A DNA stretch of 64,000 bases from Eledone cirrhosa (taxonomy: Eukaryota). The translations under genes were made by a program, and so were the position numbers. Within the stretch, counting starts at the first letter, position 1, and each line of letters opens with the position of its first letter. The notes below the pieces were generated by a model, which saw only the letters and a list, made by a program, of their open reading frames with translations, was not told the DNA's origin and did no database searches. The DNA lies in assembly GCA_964016885.1 (NCBI GenBank), contig OZ024741.1, forward strand, positions 85,808,001 to 85,872,000, in the 5' to 3' direction. Below, one piece after another: positions 1 through 14,512 of the stretch.

Positions 1-924
<924 letters not shown>

Positions 925-999
925 ACTCTTTTACTCTTTTACCTGTTTCAGCCATCCGGCTGAGGCCATGCTGGGGCACCGCCCTTGTTGCTACACATT

Positions 1000-3900
1000 T
1001 TATCTCCAGCCTGTATAGGTTGGCCACTGGTGTAGGAGGGAGTTTGTTGCTGCTGCCCTTAGGTTTCCCTCGTGTCTTGCTGTGGGCTCATCCGGGATCC
1101 TGGATAACAAGGTGTCGAGATGTTTCTTAAAGACATCCACCTCCACGTCATGCAAGTCTCGCAGATGCCTCGGCAGCCTGTTGAAGAGTTGAGGGCCCTT
1201 GAATCCCAGGCTATTGCAATACCTGCTCCTTATTCTAGATGTGGAAGACGGGACCTTTGGCACCACACAGTGACGTCCTGTTCGACGGTTGGTCCAGCTC
1301 CCAATGCCAAAGTTTGGTGCTAGTCCCTCCAGGATTTTCCACATGTAGATCACTGCGTATCTCTCCCGTCTTCGCTCCAAGGAGTAGAGGTTCAGTTCCT
1401 TTAGCCTCTCCCAGTAGCTTGTCTCCCTCATCTTGGCAATCCTCTTGGTGTAGCTTCGCTGGATTACCTCAAGCTCCGTGGTTAGTTTGACACTATGGGG
1501 TGACCACAGCTGGGAGCAGTAGTCCAGGCGGCTTAGGACAAAAGTCCTCCACAGTGTCAACATGGTGTCTCGATCTCTTGTAAGGAAAGTCCTCAAGATC
1601 CAGCCAGCGAATCGTCTACATGTTGTCGCCACCTTCATGATGTGTGAAGAAAAAGATGCATCATCGCTCATGTCTATGCCCAGGTCTCGTAACGATTTTG
1701 ACACGGGGATATCGGTCCCTCCTGGTCCTGTGTAGCTGTGTTCCGCTATATTTGTGTTTGTGTTTGCAGGTTTGTATTGTAGGGCTTGGAATTTGCCAGC
1801 ATTAAACTGCATGTTGTTTTCTTCCGCCCATCTGTATATGGCATCCAGATCCTGCTGTAAGAGGGCAGCGTCAGCCGGGTTTTTGATTGCCTGTGCTACC
1901 TTAGTGTCATCAGCATAGCTAGTGAGGGATGTTGTTGCATGCACCACAGAGGGCATGTCCGAGAGAGCCACCAAAAACAGTAGTGGTCCCAGGACTGTCC
2001 CCAGTGGCACCCCACTTGTTATCGGTGTTTCCCTCGAGAGGGCCCCATTTGCTGCGACTGCCTGGCTTCTGTCCCTTAGGAAGCCATGCAGCCACTCACC
2101 TACTTTTCCAGTTATGCCGAGTCCGTGTAGTTTGTGACATATCATTCCGTGGTCGACCTTGTCAAAGGCCTTCGCAAAGTCAAGATATATCACGTCTACA
2201 TGTGAGCTGTCTAGTAGTTGTCTCAGTACCCAGTCGTAGTGATGTAGCAGCTGTGTAAGGCAGCTTCTTCCTGGGCGGAAGCCATGTTGCGTGCTAGTCA
2301 GGCGGTCATTTTCTTCGAGGAAAGTGATTAGTTTCTTTCTGACGACTCACTCCATGACCTTACTGATATGCGACGTCAGGGAGACTGGCCTATAGTTCTT
2401 GGCCTCTGCTCTACTACCTCCTTTATGGATAGGGCATATTGTGCCTTCTTTCAGCTCCCTGGGTAGTACACCGCTAGCCAAGGAGCTTCTGAAGAGCATC
2501 TTCAGTGGAGTTGCTAAGGCCCGCTTACATATTTTTAGGAGAACTGCTGGGAATCCATCAGGTCCAGCAGCCGAGTCTGTTCTAATTTCATCAATGGCGT
2601 ACACCACATCCTCCTCCGTTATGTCTATGTGGTTGATGGTTGCCATTTCTTGATGTAGTGTTGTGGCATCAAAGAACTCCTCTGGCTTCGTTATTTGCAT
2701 GTGCCTCAGTGGACATGTGAAGACACTTTTGTACTGTTCGTTCAGTATTTCACATATCTCTTGGGGATTTTCGGTTAATGAACCGTCCGTTTGGAAGAGT
2801 GGTCCAATCTTGCAGTGTACTGAGGCAGTTTCTTTTGCAAATTTAAAGAAGGCCTTAGGGTTTGTTTTAATGTTTTCTATGGCCCTGTTCTCTTTCTTTG
2901 CCCTCTCATTCTCATGTGAAAGTTTGAGTGCAATCTCGGTGTCAAGTAGTGCACGTTTCAAATAGGATTCCTTCTTGTTTTGGTTTTGTTGACTATTCAA
3001 CTGGTTTGAGAGTTTAGTTCTACGTCTCATAAGGATTTTCCTATCTCTGGGAATAAGATTTTTGTGTCTGTTTGCCTCTTTCTCCGGGACACACTTTTTG
3101 CATATGGTGTGTATCGTTGTCATGAAGTGTTGAAATTGTGTGTTAGTGTCTTGTGTGGCGATGTTTTCACTCCATGTTTGTTTCCGGATTTCACTCTTAA
3201 TCTTTTTCCAGTTAGCCTTGTAGAAGTTAAGGTTGGATAGCGTCCCGGAGCTTCTTGGTGGTTTTGTCTCTGTTGGTTCTCTTGGAACACATATCATTAG
3301 CTCTACTAAGTTATGATCCGAGAGAATTGTTGGTGTCACCCTTACATTGTGGATGAGCACTTCGTTGTTTGTAAAACAGAGGTCCAGGACATTTTCGCCT
3401 CTTGTTGGGAGGAGTATTGCTTGCTCCATGAACAGCCTGTGTGTGAGGGCCAGCAGGGATTCCGTCTGTCTCTGTTCTATTGACGTCATTCCAGGGAGAA
3501 GGTGGCCCTCAGGCCATTTGACCTTTGGTAGGTTGAAGTCTCCCAGCAGTAGGATGTTGAGACCCTGGTCCAGTTTGTCAAGGACCTCTTCTATCCTACT
3601 TAGGCTATCCTCAAATTTACCCTCATTACTGGGGGCATCGGGCGGCCGATATGTGACACATATTACCGTCTGTAGTTGCTTCATATGTATTATCAGTGTG
3701 TCACAGACTGAGTTTGAATGTGTCAACAGTACAATTGGTGTGACATCTTCACGGATATACAGAGCAACCCCACCATGAGTTCTCTCCTTCCTGTCCGAAC
3801 GAAATACAGTATATTTCGGTATATGTATTTCTGCATCTGCTATACTGCTTGTCAGGTGCGTTTCGGTTAGTGCCATGCATAGTGCTTGATTGCTTATGGC

Positions 3901-4041
3901 TAAGTCTCCCAGGTAGGAAATTTTACTCATGTTGCTGAGTTTCACCAGGCCCCTGACATTCAGCAGCAGCACTGGTGTGACTTTTGGGGTGCCAGTAATG
4001 GCTGTCGGTATGACACCTGGTCTGGTGTCAGCGGCGGCCAC
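1000..4041 (-). pseudogene. CR1 ORF2 (APE + RT) with one premature TGA
   Basis: ORFs 2347..4041 and 1000..2193 are in frame. The 51 codons between them read VVRKKLITFLEEN...QHGFRPGRSCLTQLL; the only stop is TGA at 2347-2349 where Arg is expected. RT motif reads GVPLG rather than GVPQG. Confidence 0.9.
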
Positions 4042-4742
4042 TCTGGGTCCCTTAACTGCGGTGGTCTCGAGTGCTGGTGTGGATGACCCTGGCTCTGGAG
4101 ACGATGCAGCCAGGTCAGCTGTCCCACAATCTTCTCTGCCATCACTAAAAAAATTTTCTGATCTGCTGCTGCCATCTGTATCTCGTCGGCATGTGCGTGC
4201 CTTCTCCTTGTTGGTGCAGCACGCGCGACATCAGCATACTTCTGGAGCAGCTTATTTCGGCTTTGGCTGGGGCATGTTGCGCGAGTATGATGGGCATAGT
4301 TCGTTTGAGACCTAGGGTGGGCGAATCTGCATCCCATCCCTGTCTCTCCATGCCAGCATGTCCCGTTCTTGAAAAACTTGCACATTACTTTGGGTTTTTT
4401 GCTCCCAGTGTCTCGGTGCTTTCTGTTCTTTCTTTGAACAGTTGTCCACTGGTCCCTCTGCGCTTGGTTCTCCTTCGGAAGGTGATTTCGCTTTTCACCT
4501 TTGCCCTTAGCTTGTTGGTTGCCCGGCCTGCCCTCCCTGCCTGTAGCGGAGGGTATATCATTTTCTTTCAGGTCCGTGCTTGTGCTCTCCTCCTTTTCTT
4601 TTTCTTTTTCCTCTTCCTTTTCCCTCTCCCTCTCCTCATCCCTCCCTTCGGTTTTCTCCTCCCTGAGGACACGGCTTAGCATCGCCATATGAGGCGCTAT
4701 GAGGACATACGCCTTCTCAATTTCTTTTTTTTTCTTTTCTCT
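3960..4742 (-). CDS. CR1 ORF1 C-terminal part with CCCH-type zinc finger
   Basis: [22 protein letters not shown] motif. The frame stays open upstream of the annotated Met up to the (TA)n junction, so it is truncated. Confidence 0.7.
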   Translation of the reverse strand, partial: REKKKKEIEKAYVLIAPHMAMLSRVLREEKTEGRDEEREREKEEEKEKEKEESTSTDLKENDIPSATGREGRPGNQQAKGKGEKRNHLPKENQAQRDQWTTVQRKNRKHRDTGSKKPKVMCKFFKNGTCWHGETGMGCRFAHPRSQTNYAHHTRATCPSQSRNKLLQKYADVARAAPTRRRHAHADEIQMAAADQKIFLVMAEKIVGQLTWLHRLQSQGHPHQHSRPPQLRDPEWPPLTPDQVSYRQPLLAPQKSHQCCC

Positions 4743-4757
4743 TATATATATATATGT

Positions 4758-4791
<34 letters not shown>

Positions 4792-5046
4792 ATGTGTATA
4801 TATATGTATATGTATATATATGTATATATATGTATATGTATATATATGTATATATATGTGTATATATATATGTATATATATATATGTATATATATGTATA
4901 TATATGTATATATATGTATATATATATATGTATATATATGTATATGTATATATATGTATATATATGTATATATATGTATATATATATGTATATATATGTA
5001 TATATATATATATATATGTGTATATATATATATGTGTGTATATATG

Positions 5047-5077
<31 letters not shown>

Positions 5078-5106
5078 GTATATATATATGTATATATATA
5101 TGTATA

Positions 5107-5166
<60 letters not shown>

Positions 5167-5169
5167 TAA

Positions 5170-5246
<77 letters not shown>

Positions 5247-5574
5247 TGTATGTATATATATATATGTATGTATGTATATATATATATGTATGTATATATA
5301 TATATATATGTGTGTATATATATATATATATGTATATATATATGTATATATATGTATATATATGTATATATATATGTATATATATATGTATATATATGTA
5401 TATATATGTATATATATATGTATATATATGTATATATATATATGTATATATATGTATATATATGTATATATATGTATATATATGTATATATATCTATATG
5501 TATATATATGTATATATATGTATATATATGTATATATATGTATATATATATGTATATATATGTATATATATATA

Positions 5575-5605
<31 letters not shown>

Positions 5606-5616
5606 GTGTATATATG

Positions 5617-5669
<53 letters not shown>

Positions 5670-5694
5670 GTATATATATATGTATATATATATG

Positions 5695-5725
<31 letters not shown>

Positions 5726-5754
5726 GTATATATATATGTATATATATATGTATA

Positions 5755-5816
<62 letters not shown>

Positions 5817-5818
5817 AG

Positions 5819-5860
<42 letters not shown>

Positions 5861-6564
5861 TATGTATGTATATATATATATGTATGTATATATATATATA
5901 TATGTGTATATATATATATATATGTATATATATATGTATATATATGTATATATAAGTATGTATATATATGTATATATATGTATGTATATATAAATATATA
6001 TATGTATGTATATATATGTATATATATGTATATATATATGTATATATATATATGTGTATATATATATATGTATATATATATATGTATATATATGTATATA
6101 AAGATATGTATATATATGTCTATATATATATATGTATTTATATGTATATATATATATGTATATATATGTATATATATGTATATATATATTTATATGTATA
6201 TATATATATGTATATATATGTATATATATGTATATATATATTTATATGTATATATATGTATATATATATGTATATATATGTATATATATATGTATATATA
6301 TGTATATATATATATGTATATATATGTATATATATGTATATATATATATATATATGTATATATATGTATATATATGTATATATATATGTATATATATGTA
6401 TATATATATATGTATATATATGTATATATATATATATATATGTATATATATGTATATATATATATTTATGTATATATATGTATATATATATATATATATG
6501 TATATATATGTGTATATATATATATTTATGTATATATATGTATATATATATATATATATGTATA

Positions 6565-6639
<75 letters not shown>

Positions 6640-6668
6640 GTATATATATATATGTATATATATATATG

Positions 6669-6705
<37 letters not shown>

Positions 6706-6708
6706 GTA
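4743..6708. repeat. ~2 kb compound (TA)n/(TATG) microsatellite with internal higher-order duplication
   Basis: Rare interruptions such as TATAAGTA recur at ~5165 and ~5813. Confidence 0.98.
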
Positions 6709-9700
6709 TATCTATCTATCTATCTAAGGCGGGTAAAATTCCCGAGATCCATGGACGAGTTCTCTCCAGCGGTCTCTGTCCCTCATTATCGCTGCCATGT
6801 CCTGCATCTCCAACAGACCAGTGTCTGTTCTTAGGGCATCAACATACGTTAACTTTGGTCTTCCCCTTCTAGTGTGTCCATGTAGGGGCTCCCAAAGGAG
6901 TACTGAGTGCAATGTCAACTCTGGATGTCGGTGAGCATGTCCAGCTAACTTCAGTCTCCTCTGTGTCACTTTTGAGCTGACTTTTGGGATGCTCCCATAC
7001 AGCTCTGAGTTTTTCATCCTCAGTGTATACTGATTAATGTTCAGAGCCATCCTCAGCATTCTCGTGTAGCACCCATCCACCATCTGAGTGAGTTTCTTGG
7101 TCAGTGTCCAAGTCTCAGACCCATACAGCAGCACATACTCCACTACAGCAATGAAGAGGCGGATTTTCAGGTCTCTACGAAGGTCCGACTTCCACACCGA
7201 TCTCAAGCCGTGGCACGCCGCCCAGGCCTTGCTCTTTCTCTCAACCACATCATCCTCCGTATTCCCAATCTTTGCTCCCAAATACAGGAAGTCCTCAACC
7301 AATTCCAGCGGCTTCTCGCCTACATTAGTGATCCCCTCTGGCTTCTCAACATTCTCTACCAGATATTTTGTTTTAGTCTCATTCATTCTCAGCCCCACAC
7401 TCATCGACACAGTCTCAACCTCCCGCATCAAATCCTCTGCCTCCTTCACTGTATTTATCACCAAAACTATGTCGTCGGCAAATTCAGCATCCGATACCTT
7501 TTTCGCCCTAACTCTCCTGCTCTGAGCCGGTGCTACAGTAAAGCCAGAGTCCTGGTGTTTCTCCAGTGCAAGGCGCATACAATAGTCCACTACGATGATA
7601 AAAATGTAGGGAGCCAATGTATCTCCATGGAGCACTCCAGCCAGTATCTCAAAGAACTCTGTCATCCCATCAGGTGTAATGACTTGGGCTTTGGTGTTGG
7701 TGTAGAGCAGTGATATCAGGTCCACTATCTTCTTGGGGATTCCATAAGCCTGTAAGATCTTCATCAGGCAGTAACGGTCCACAGAATCAAAGGCCTTCCT
7801 AAAGTCAATGAAAACCATGACCGCAGGAAGGCACTTTGCTCTAGCTCCCTCTAATATCCTCCTCAGCATCAGGATGTGACTGGTGGTTGATCTACCCTCT
7901 CTGAAGCCGTTCTGGTTGTCCCTGAGCTTCCTCTCCATCTTAGGCTGGATCCTGTTAAGAATCATCCTGTTGAGGGTCTTTGCCACAAGTGACGTCAGTG
8001 AGATCCCCCGGTAGTTGTTGGTGTTAGAGAAATCTCCCTTCTTTGGCACTGGGACGATGTTACTGATCCTCCACTGATTCGGGGCAACTTCTTTCTCCAG
8101 TGCCCCATTACAGAACCCCAGGATGATATCATCAAAATCACACCTCTTCATCACCTCTGATGCCACTCCATCTTCTCCATGAGCCTTGCCCTCCTTGATC
8201 CCCTTCTTGGCTCTCTGAAGCTCCTTTCTGGTGAAGGGCTCTGTCTCAACATCCAGTTCCTCAAACAGCCGCCTGATCTCCCCACTGCTCTGGGCTGTGG
8301 AGGGTGGCTCTCCTAGTAGGGTCCTAAAATGGTCTAGCCATTTCCTCTTCCTATCCTCGGGCCCCGTTCCCTGGATCTGACTCGAACACCTTCTCTTCCT
8401 CCCTGTGATGTCGTTGATGATCATCCAGCTCTCCTTACATCCAGATCTGTCAACCGCTCTCTCCACACTTCTGATCTTCTCTATCAGTGCCTCCTCTCTG
8501 ACCTCAGTGTAAGCGGTACAGAGCTCTTCCCTCATCACCTCCACAGTCTCCATCCTCTCCTCCATAGGATCAGCATAGAATTGGTCCCTGGCAGCTTTCA
8601 GGTGTTCTCTGGCTGCACACACTTTTGGGTTTGCAGAGCTGACGTGCTTCCCTTTGTTCTTTTTCCTCGGCACCAGGGTTTCACTTGCTTCCGCCACTGC
8701 ATTGGTGAAGTGCCCGTACCTCCTCGTCACACTCTCCTCAGTTCATCCAATCTCTCTCTCCTCTCACTCTTCACACAGAGCACTAAACCTGTTTCTCACT
8801 TCCACTGTGAACCTCTCCTGTAGCTTATCATCTTCCTTGAAAGCTCCCCAGTCATAGATTGTTCTCCGGGGCTGAGCCTTGCTCTTTCTTAAGCTCACGC
8901 GGACCTCACTCATAACAAGCCGGTGGTCACTACCCAGTGTACTGAAATAGCTGTATGGTTCCGTGTTCAGAACACTATTCCGCCACTTTTTCCTCACCAG
9001 AATGAAATCAATCTGGGACTTGGACAGGTGCATATCTGAGATGTAGGTCCACATCTTCACCAGATTCTTCCTAAACCTTAGGTTGGTCGCCATCAAGTTC
9101 GCCTCCAGCAGGGTGTCTCTCAGTAGTCTTCCATTTCGGTTGGTGTTGTTATGGAAGTACCAGCAAGGATCTTCACTGCCCTCCTTACTCAGATGTGCAT
9201 TGAAGTCCCCAAAAACAAGCAGGATATTGTGTGCCTGGGTGGTGTTGACAGCTCTACACACCTCCTCATGGAGCTCTTCCGCATTCACATCACTGTCCCC
9301 CTCGGTTGGACTATAGGCTGAGATGACTGTCAGTCTTGGGTTTCCATTGAAGGTCACCCTCAACACTCGCGGGGAGATAGGCATTATTTCCCTCACCAAC
9401 AGATTGGTTTTTGCACTGAACACAAAACCCACTCCTCCTACTGCAGCATTTGTTGTGTTCTTCACTGCCGATGTAGCGATGAGCTGGCTCTTCTTCCCAA
9501 TCATCACACTCCTCACGGGCTCATCGTGTAGAATCCTGTGTTCTTGGATCGCAAGTATCTGTATACCACTCTCCTCGAACAGATGTCCCAACTCCTCTCT
9601 TTTCTCCAGCGTCCGAATAGTCCTCACATTCAAAGTGCCCATTTTGATGGCTCTTCTGCAGGACAAAACTGCATTCTTTATATTTGTCTCAGAGACAGCT

Positions 9701-10003
9701 GATCCATCATCCACTGGCCCTCTCTGTGGCTCTAAGCCAGCAGAGTCATAACGACCAGGCTGCTCCTTGACAGTGTAATTAGGGGCTCTAACCCTAGTGC
9801 TGTTAGATCGACTCTCCATATTTCTTTTCAATGGCTGACAATACCTTACCGGCGCCACTCGAATAAGGTAGTTATTTAACCCATAAATGGAGCCCTAACA
9901 GGTACTACCACCCCGAGCCAGGGCAGACCTGGGAGTCATAACAACTAAGGGGTAACTCCACATTCCCCACATCTCCTGAACTCCCGAACTGGAGCCTTGC
10001 CAC
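6709..10003 (-). mobile_element. RTE-clade LINE, copy 1 (5' leader, single APE-RT ORF, (ATAG)n tail)
   Basis: MGTLNVRT, AIQEHR, SAYSPT, GDFNA, QIDFIL, SDH; RT FIDFRKAFDS, FADD; RTE-type C-terminus LAGH...RGRP...DRDRWR. The stop TAG runs straight into ATAG repeats. Confidence 0.92.
6724..9858 (-). pseudogene. RTE APE-RT polyprotein interrupted by two in-frame TGA codons
   Basis: ORFs 8764..9858 and 6724..8730 share a frame; the linker reads CEE*EEREIG*TEESVTRRY. Confidence 0.88.
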
Positions 10004-10041
10004 TATATGTATATATATGTATATATATGTATATATGTATA

Positions 10042-10115
<74 letters not shown>

Positions 10116-10819
10116 TATGTATGTATATATATATATGTATGTATATATATATATATATGTGTATATATATATATATATGTATATATATATGTATATATAT
10201 GTATATATAAGTATGTATATATATGTATATATATGTATGTATATATAAATATATATATGTATGTATATATATGTATATATATGTATATATATATGTATAT
10301 ATATATATGTGTATATATATATATGTATATATATATATGTATATATATGTATATAAAGATATGTATATATATGTCTATATATATATATGTATTTATATGT
10401 ATATATATATATGTATATATATGTATATATATGTATATATATATTTATATGTATATATATATATGTATATATATGTATATATATGTATATATATATTTAT
10501 ATGTATATATATGTATATATATATGTATATATATGTATATATATATGTATATATATGTATATATATATATGTATATATATGTATATATATGTATATATAT
10601 ATATATATATGTATATATATGTATATATATGTATATATATATGTATATATATGTATATATATATATGTATATATATGTATATATATATATATATATGTAT
10701 ATATATGTATATATATATATTTATGTATATATATGTATATATATATATATATATGTATATATATGTGTATATATATATATTTATGTATATATATGTATAT
10801 ATATATATATATATGTATA

Positions 10820-10898
<79 letters not shown>

Positions 10899-10927
10899 GT
10901 ATATATATATATGTATATATATATATG

Positions 10928-10964
<37 letters not shown>

Positions 10965-10967
10965 GTA
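10004..10967. repeat. Compound TA microsatellite, largely a duplicate of ~5820-6708
   Basis: Same idiosyncratic interruptions (TATAAGTATG, AAGATATG, GTCTAT, TATTTATG) at offset 4255-4259. Confidence 0.95.
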
Positions 10968-13900
10968 TATCTATCTATCTATCTAAGGCGGGTAAAATTC
11001 CCGAGATCCATGGACGAGTTCTCTCCAGCGGTCTCTGTCCCTCATTATCGCTGCCATGTCCTGCATCTCCAACAGACCAGTGTCTGTTCTTAGGGCATCA
11101 ACATACGTTAACTTTGGTCTTCCCCTTCTAGTGTGTCCATGTAGGGGCTCCCAAAGGAGTACTGAGTGCAATGTCAACTCTGGATGTCGGTGAGCATGTC
11201 CAGCTAACTTCAGTCTCCTCTGTGTCACTTTTGAGCTGACTTTTGGGATGCTCCCATACAGCTCTGAGTTTTTCATCCTCAGTGTATACTGATTAATGTT
11301 CAGAGCCATCCTCAGCATTCTCGTGTAGCACCCATCCACCATCTGAGTGAGTTTCTTGGTCAGTGTCCAAGTCTCAGACCCATACAGCAGCACATACTCC
11401 ACTACAGCAATGAAGAGGCGGATTTTCAGGTCTCTACGAAGGTCCGACTTCCACACCGATCTCAAGCCGTGGCACGCCGCCCAGGCCTTGCTCTTTCTCT
11501 CAACCACATCATCCTCCGTATTCCCAATCTTTGCTCCCAAATACAGGAAGTCCTCAACCAATTCCAGCGGCTTCTCGCCTACATTAGTGATCCCCTCTGG
11601 CTTCTCAACATTCTCTACCAGATATTTTGTTTTAGTCTCATTCATTCTCAGCCCCACACTCATCGACACAGTCTCAACCTCCCGCATCAAATCCTCTGCC
11701 TCCTTCACTGTATTTATCACCAAAACTATGTCGTCGGCAAATTCAGCATCCGATACCTTTTTCGCCCTAACTCTCCTGCTCTGAGCCGGTGCTACAGTAA
11801 AGCCAGAGTCCTGGTGTTTCTCCAGTGCAAGGCGCATACAATAGTCCACTACGATGATAAAAATGTAGGGAGCCAATGTATCTCCATGGAGCACTCCAGC
11901 CAGTATCTCAAAGAACTCTGTCATCCCATCAGGTGTAATGACTTGGGCTTTGGTGTTGGTGTAGAGCAGTGATATCAGGTCCACTATCTTCTTGGGGATT
12001 CCATAAGCCTGTAAGATCTTCATCAGGCAGTAACGGTCCACAGAATCAAAGGCCTTCCTAAAGTCAATGAAAACCATGACCGCAGGAAGGCACTTTGCTC
12101 TAGCTCCCTCTAATATCCTCCTCAGCATCAGGATGTGACTGGTGGTTGATCTACCCTCTCTGAAGCCGTTCTGGTTGTCCCTGAGCTTCCTCTCCATCTT
12201 AGGCTGGATCCTGTTAAGAATCATCCTGTTGAGGGTCTTTGCCACAAGTGACGTCAGTGAGATCCCCCGGTAGTTGTTGGTGTTAGAGAAATCTCCCTTC
12301 TTTGGCACTGGGACGATGTTACTGATCCTCCACTGATTCGGGGCAACTTCTTTCTCCAGTGCCCCATTACAGAACCCCAGGATGATATCATCAAAATCAC
12401 ACCTCTTCATCACCTCTGATGCCACTCCATCTTCTCCATGAGCCTTGCCCTCCTTGATCCCCTTCTTGGCTCTCTGAAGCTCCTTTCTGGTGAAGGGCTC
12501 TGTCTCAACATCCAGTTCCTCAAACAGCCGCCTGATCTCCCCACTGCTCTGGGCTGTGGAGGGTGGCTCTCCTAGTAGGGTCCTAAAATGGTCTAGCCAT
12601 TTCCTCTTCCTATCCTCGGGCCCCGTTCCCTGGATCTGACTCGAACACCTTCTCTTCCTCCCTGTGATGTCGTTGATGATCATCCAGCTCTCCTTACATC
12701 CAGATCTGTCAACCGCTCTCTCCACACTTCTGATCTTCTCTATCAGTGCCTCCTCTCTGACCTCAGTGTAAGCGGTACAGAGCTCTTCCCTCATCACCTC
12801 CACAGTCTCCATCCTCTCCTCCATAGGATCAGCATAGAATTGGTCCCTGGCAGCTTTCAGGTGTTCTCTGGCTGCACACACTTTTGGGTTTGCAGAGCTG
12901 ACGTGCTTCCCTTTGTTCTTTTTCCTCGGCACCAGGGTTTCACTTGCTTCCGCCACTGCATTGGTGAAGTGCCCGTACCTCCTCGTCACACTCTCCTCAG
13001 TTCATCCAATCTCTCTCTCCTCTCACTCTTCACACAGAGCACTAAACCTGTTTCTCACTTCCACTGTGAACCTCTCCTGTAGCTTATCATCTTCCTTGAA
13101 AGCTCCCCAGTCATAGATTGTTCTCCGGGGCTGAGCCTTGCTCTTTCTTAAGCTCACGCGGACCTCACTCATAACAAGCCGGTGGTCACTACCCAGTGTA
13201 CTGAAATAGCTGTATGGTTCCGTGTTCAGAACACTATTCCGCCACTTTTTCCTCACCAGAATGAAATCAATCTGGGACTTGGACAGGTGCATATCTGAGA
13301 TGTAGGTCCACATCTTCACCAGATTCTTCCTAAACCTTAGGTTGGTCGCCATCAAGTTCGCCTCCAGCAGGGTGTCTCTCAGTAGTCTTCCATTTCGGTT
13401 GGTGTTGTTATGGAAGTACCAGCAAGGATCTTCACTGCCCTCCTTACTCAGATGTGCATTGAAGTCCCCAAAAACAAGCAGGATATTGTGTGCCTGGGTG
13501 GTGTTGACAGCTCTACACACCTCCTCATGGAGCTCTTCCGCATTCACATCACTGTCCCCCTCGGTTGGACTATAGGCTGAGATGACTGTCAGTCTTGGGT
13601 TTCCATTGAAGGTCACCCTCAACACTCGCGGGGAGATAGGCATTATTTCCCTCACCAACAGATTGGTTTTTGCACTGAACACAAAACCCACTCCTCCTAC
13701 TGCAGCATTTGTTGTGTTCTTCACTGCCGATGTAGCGATGAGCTGGCTCTTCTTCCCAATCATCACACTCCTCACGGGCTCATCGTGTAGAATCCTGTGT
13801 TCTTGGATCGCAAGTATCTGTATACCACTCTCCTCGAACAGATGTCCCAACTCCTCTCTTTTCTCCAGCGTCCGAATAGTCCTCACATTCAAAGTGCCCA

Positions 13901-14262
13901 TTTTGATGGCTCTTCTGCAGGACAAAACTGCATTCTTTATATTTGTCTCAGAGACAGCTGATCCATCATCCACTGGCCCTCTCTGTGGCTCTAAGCCAGC
14001 AGAGTCATAACGACCAGGCTGCTCCTTGACAGTGTAATTAGGGGCTCTAACCCTAGTGCTGTTAGATCGACTCTCCATATTTCTTTTCAATGGCTGACAA
14101 TACCTTACCGGCGCCACTCGAATAAGGTAGTTATTTAACCCATAAATGGAGCCCTAACAGGTACTACCACCCCGAGCCAGGGCAGACCTGGGAGTCATAA
14201 CAACTAAGGGGTAACTCCACATTCCCCACATCTCCTGAACTCCCGAACTGGAGCCTTGCCAC
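10968..14262 (-). mobile_element. RTE-clade LINE, copy 2 (tandem duplicate of copy 1)
   Basis: All translated ORFs are identical to copy 1 at offset 4259 bp. Confidence 0.92.
10983..14117 (-). pseudogene. RTE APE-RT polyprotein, copy 2, same two TGA codons
   Basis: ORFs 13023..14117 and 10983..12989 match copy 1. Confidence 0.88.
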
Positions 14263-14300
14263 TATATGTATATATATGTATATATATGTATATATGTATA

Positions 14301-14373
<73 letters not shown>

Positions 14374-14416
14374 GTATATATATATATGTATATATATATA
14401 TGTATATATATATATG

Positions 14417-14465
<49 letters not shown>

Positions 14466-14512
14466 GTATATGTGTATGTATGTATGTATGTATGTATGTG
14501 TGTGTGTGTGTG
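14263..14512. repeat. (TA)n/(TATG)n/(TG)n microsatellite
   Basis: Direct inspection. Confidence 0.97.

Larger units (their letters stand above)
925..4742 (-). mobile_element. CR1-clade non-LTR retrotransposon, 5'-truncated within ORF1, inserted in (TA)n
   Basis: ORF1 fragment, then APE endonuclease (LLLNVRG, ALTET, GDFN, LDL, SDH), RT (YLDFAKAFDKVDH, YADD) and a CR1-type C-terminus (SLERRRERY...FKKHLD). Short 3' UTR ends in AAAAGAGT repeats at 925-941. Confidence 0.9.

Noticed and set aside
2399-14010. Plus-strand ORFs overlapping the LINEs
   Set aside because: Antisense shadows of the minus-strand polyproteins with no independent motifs.
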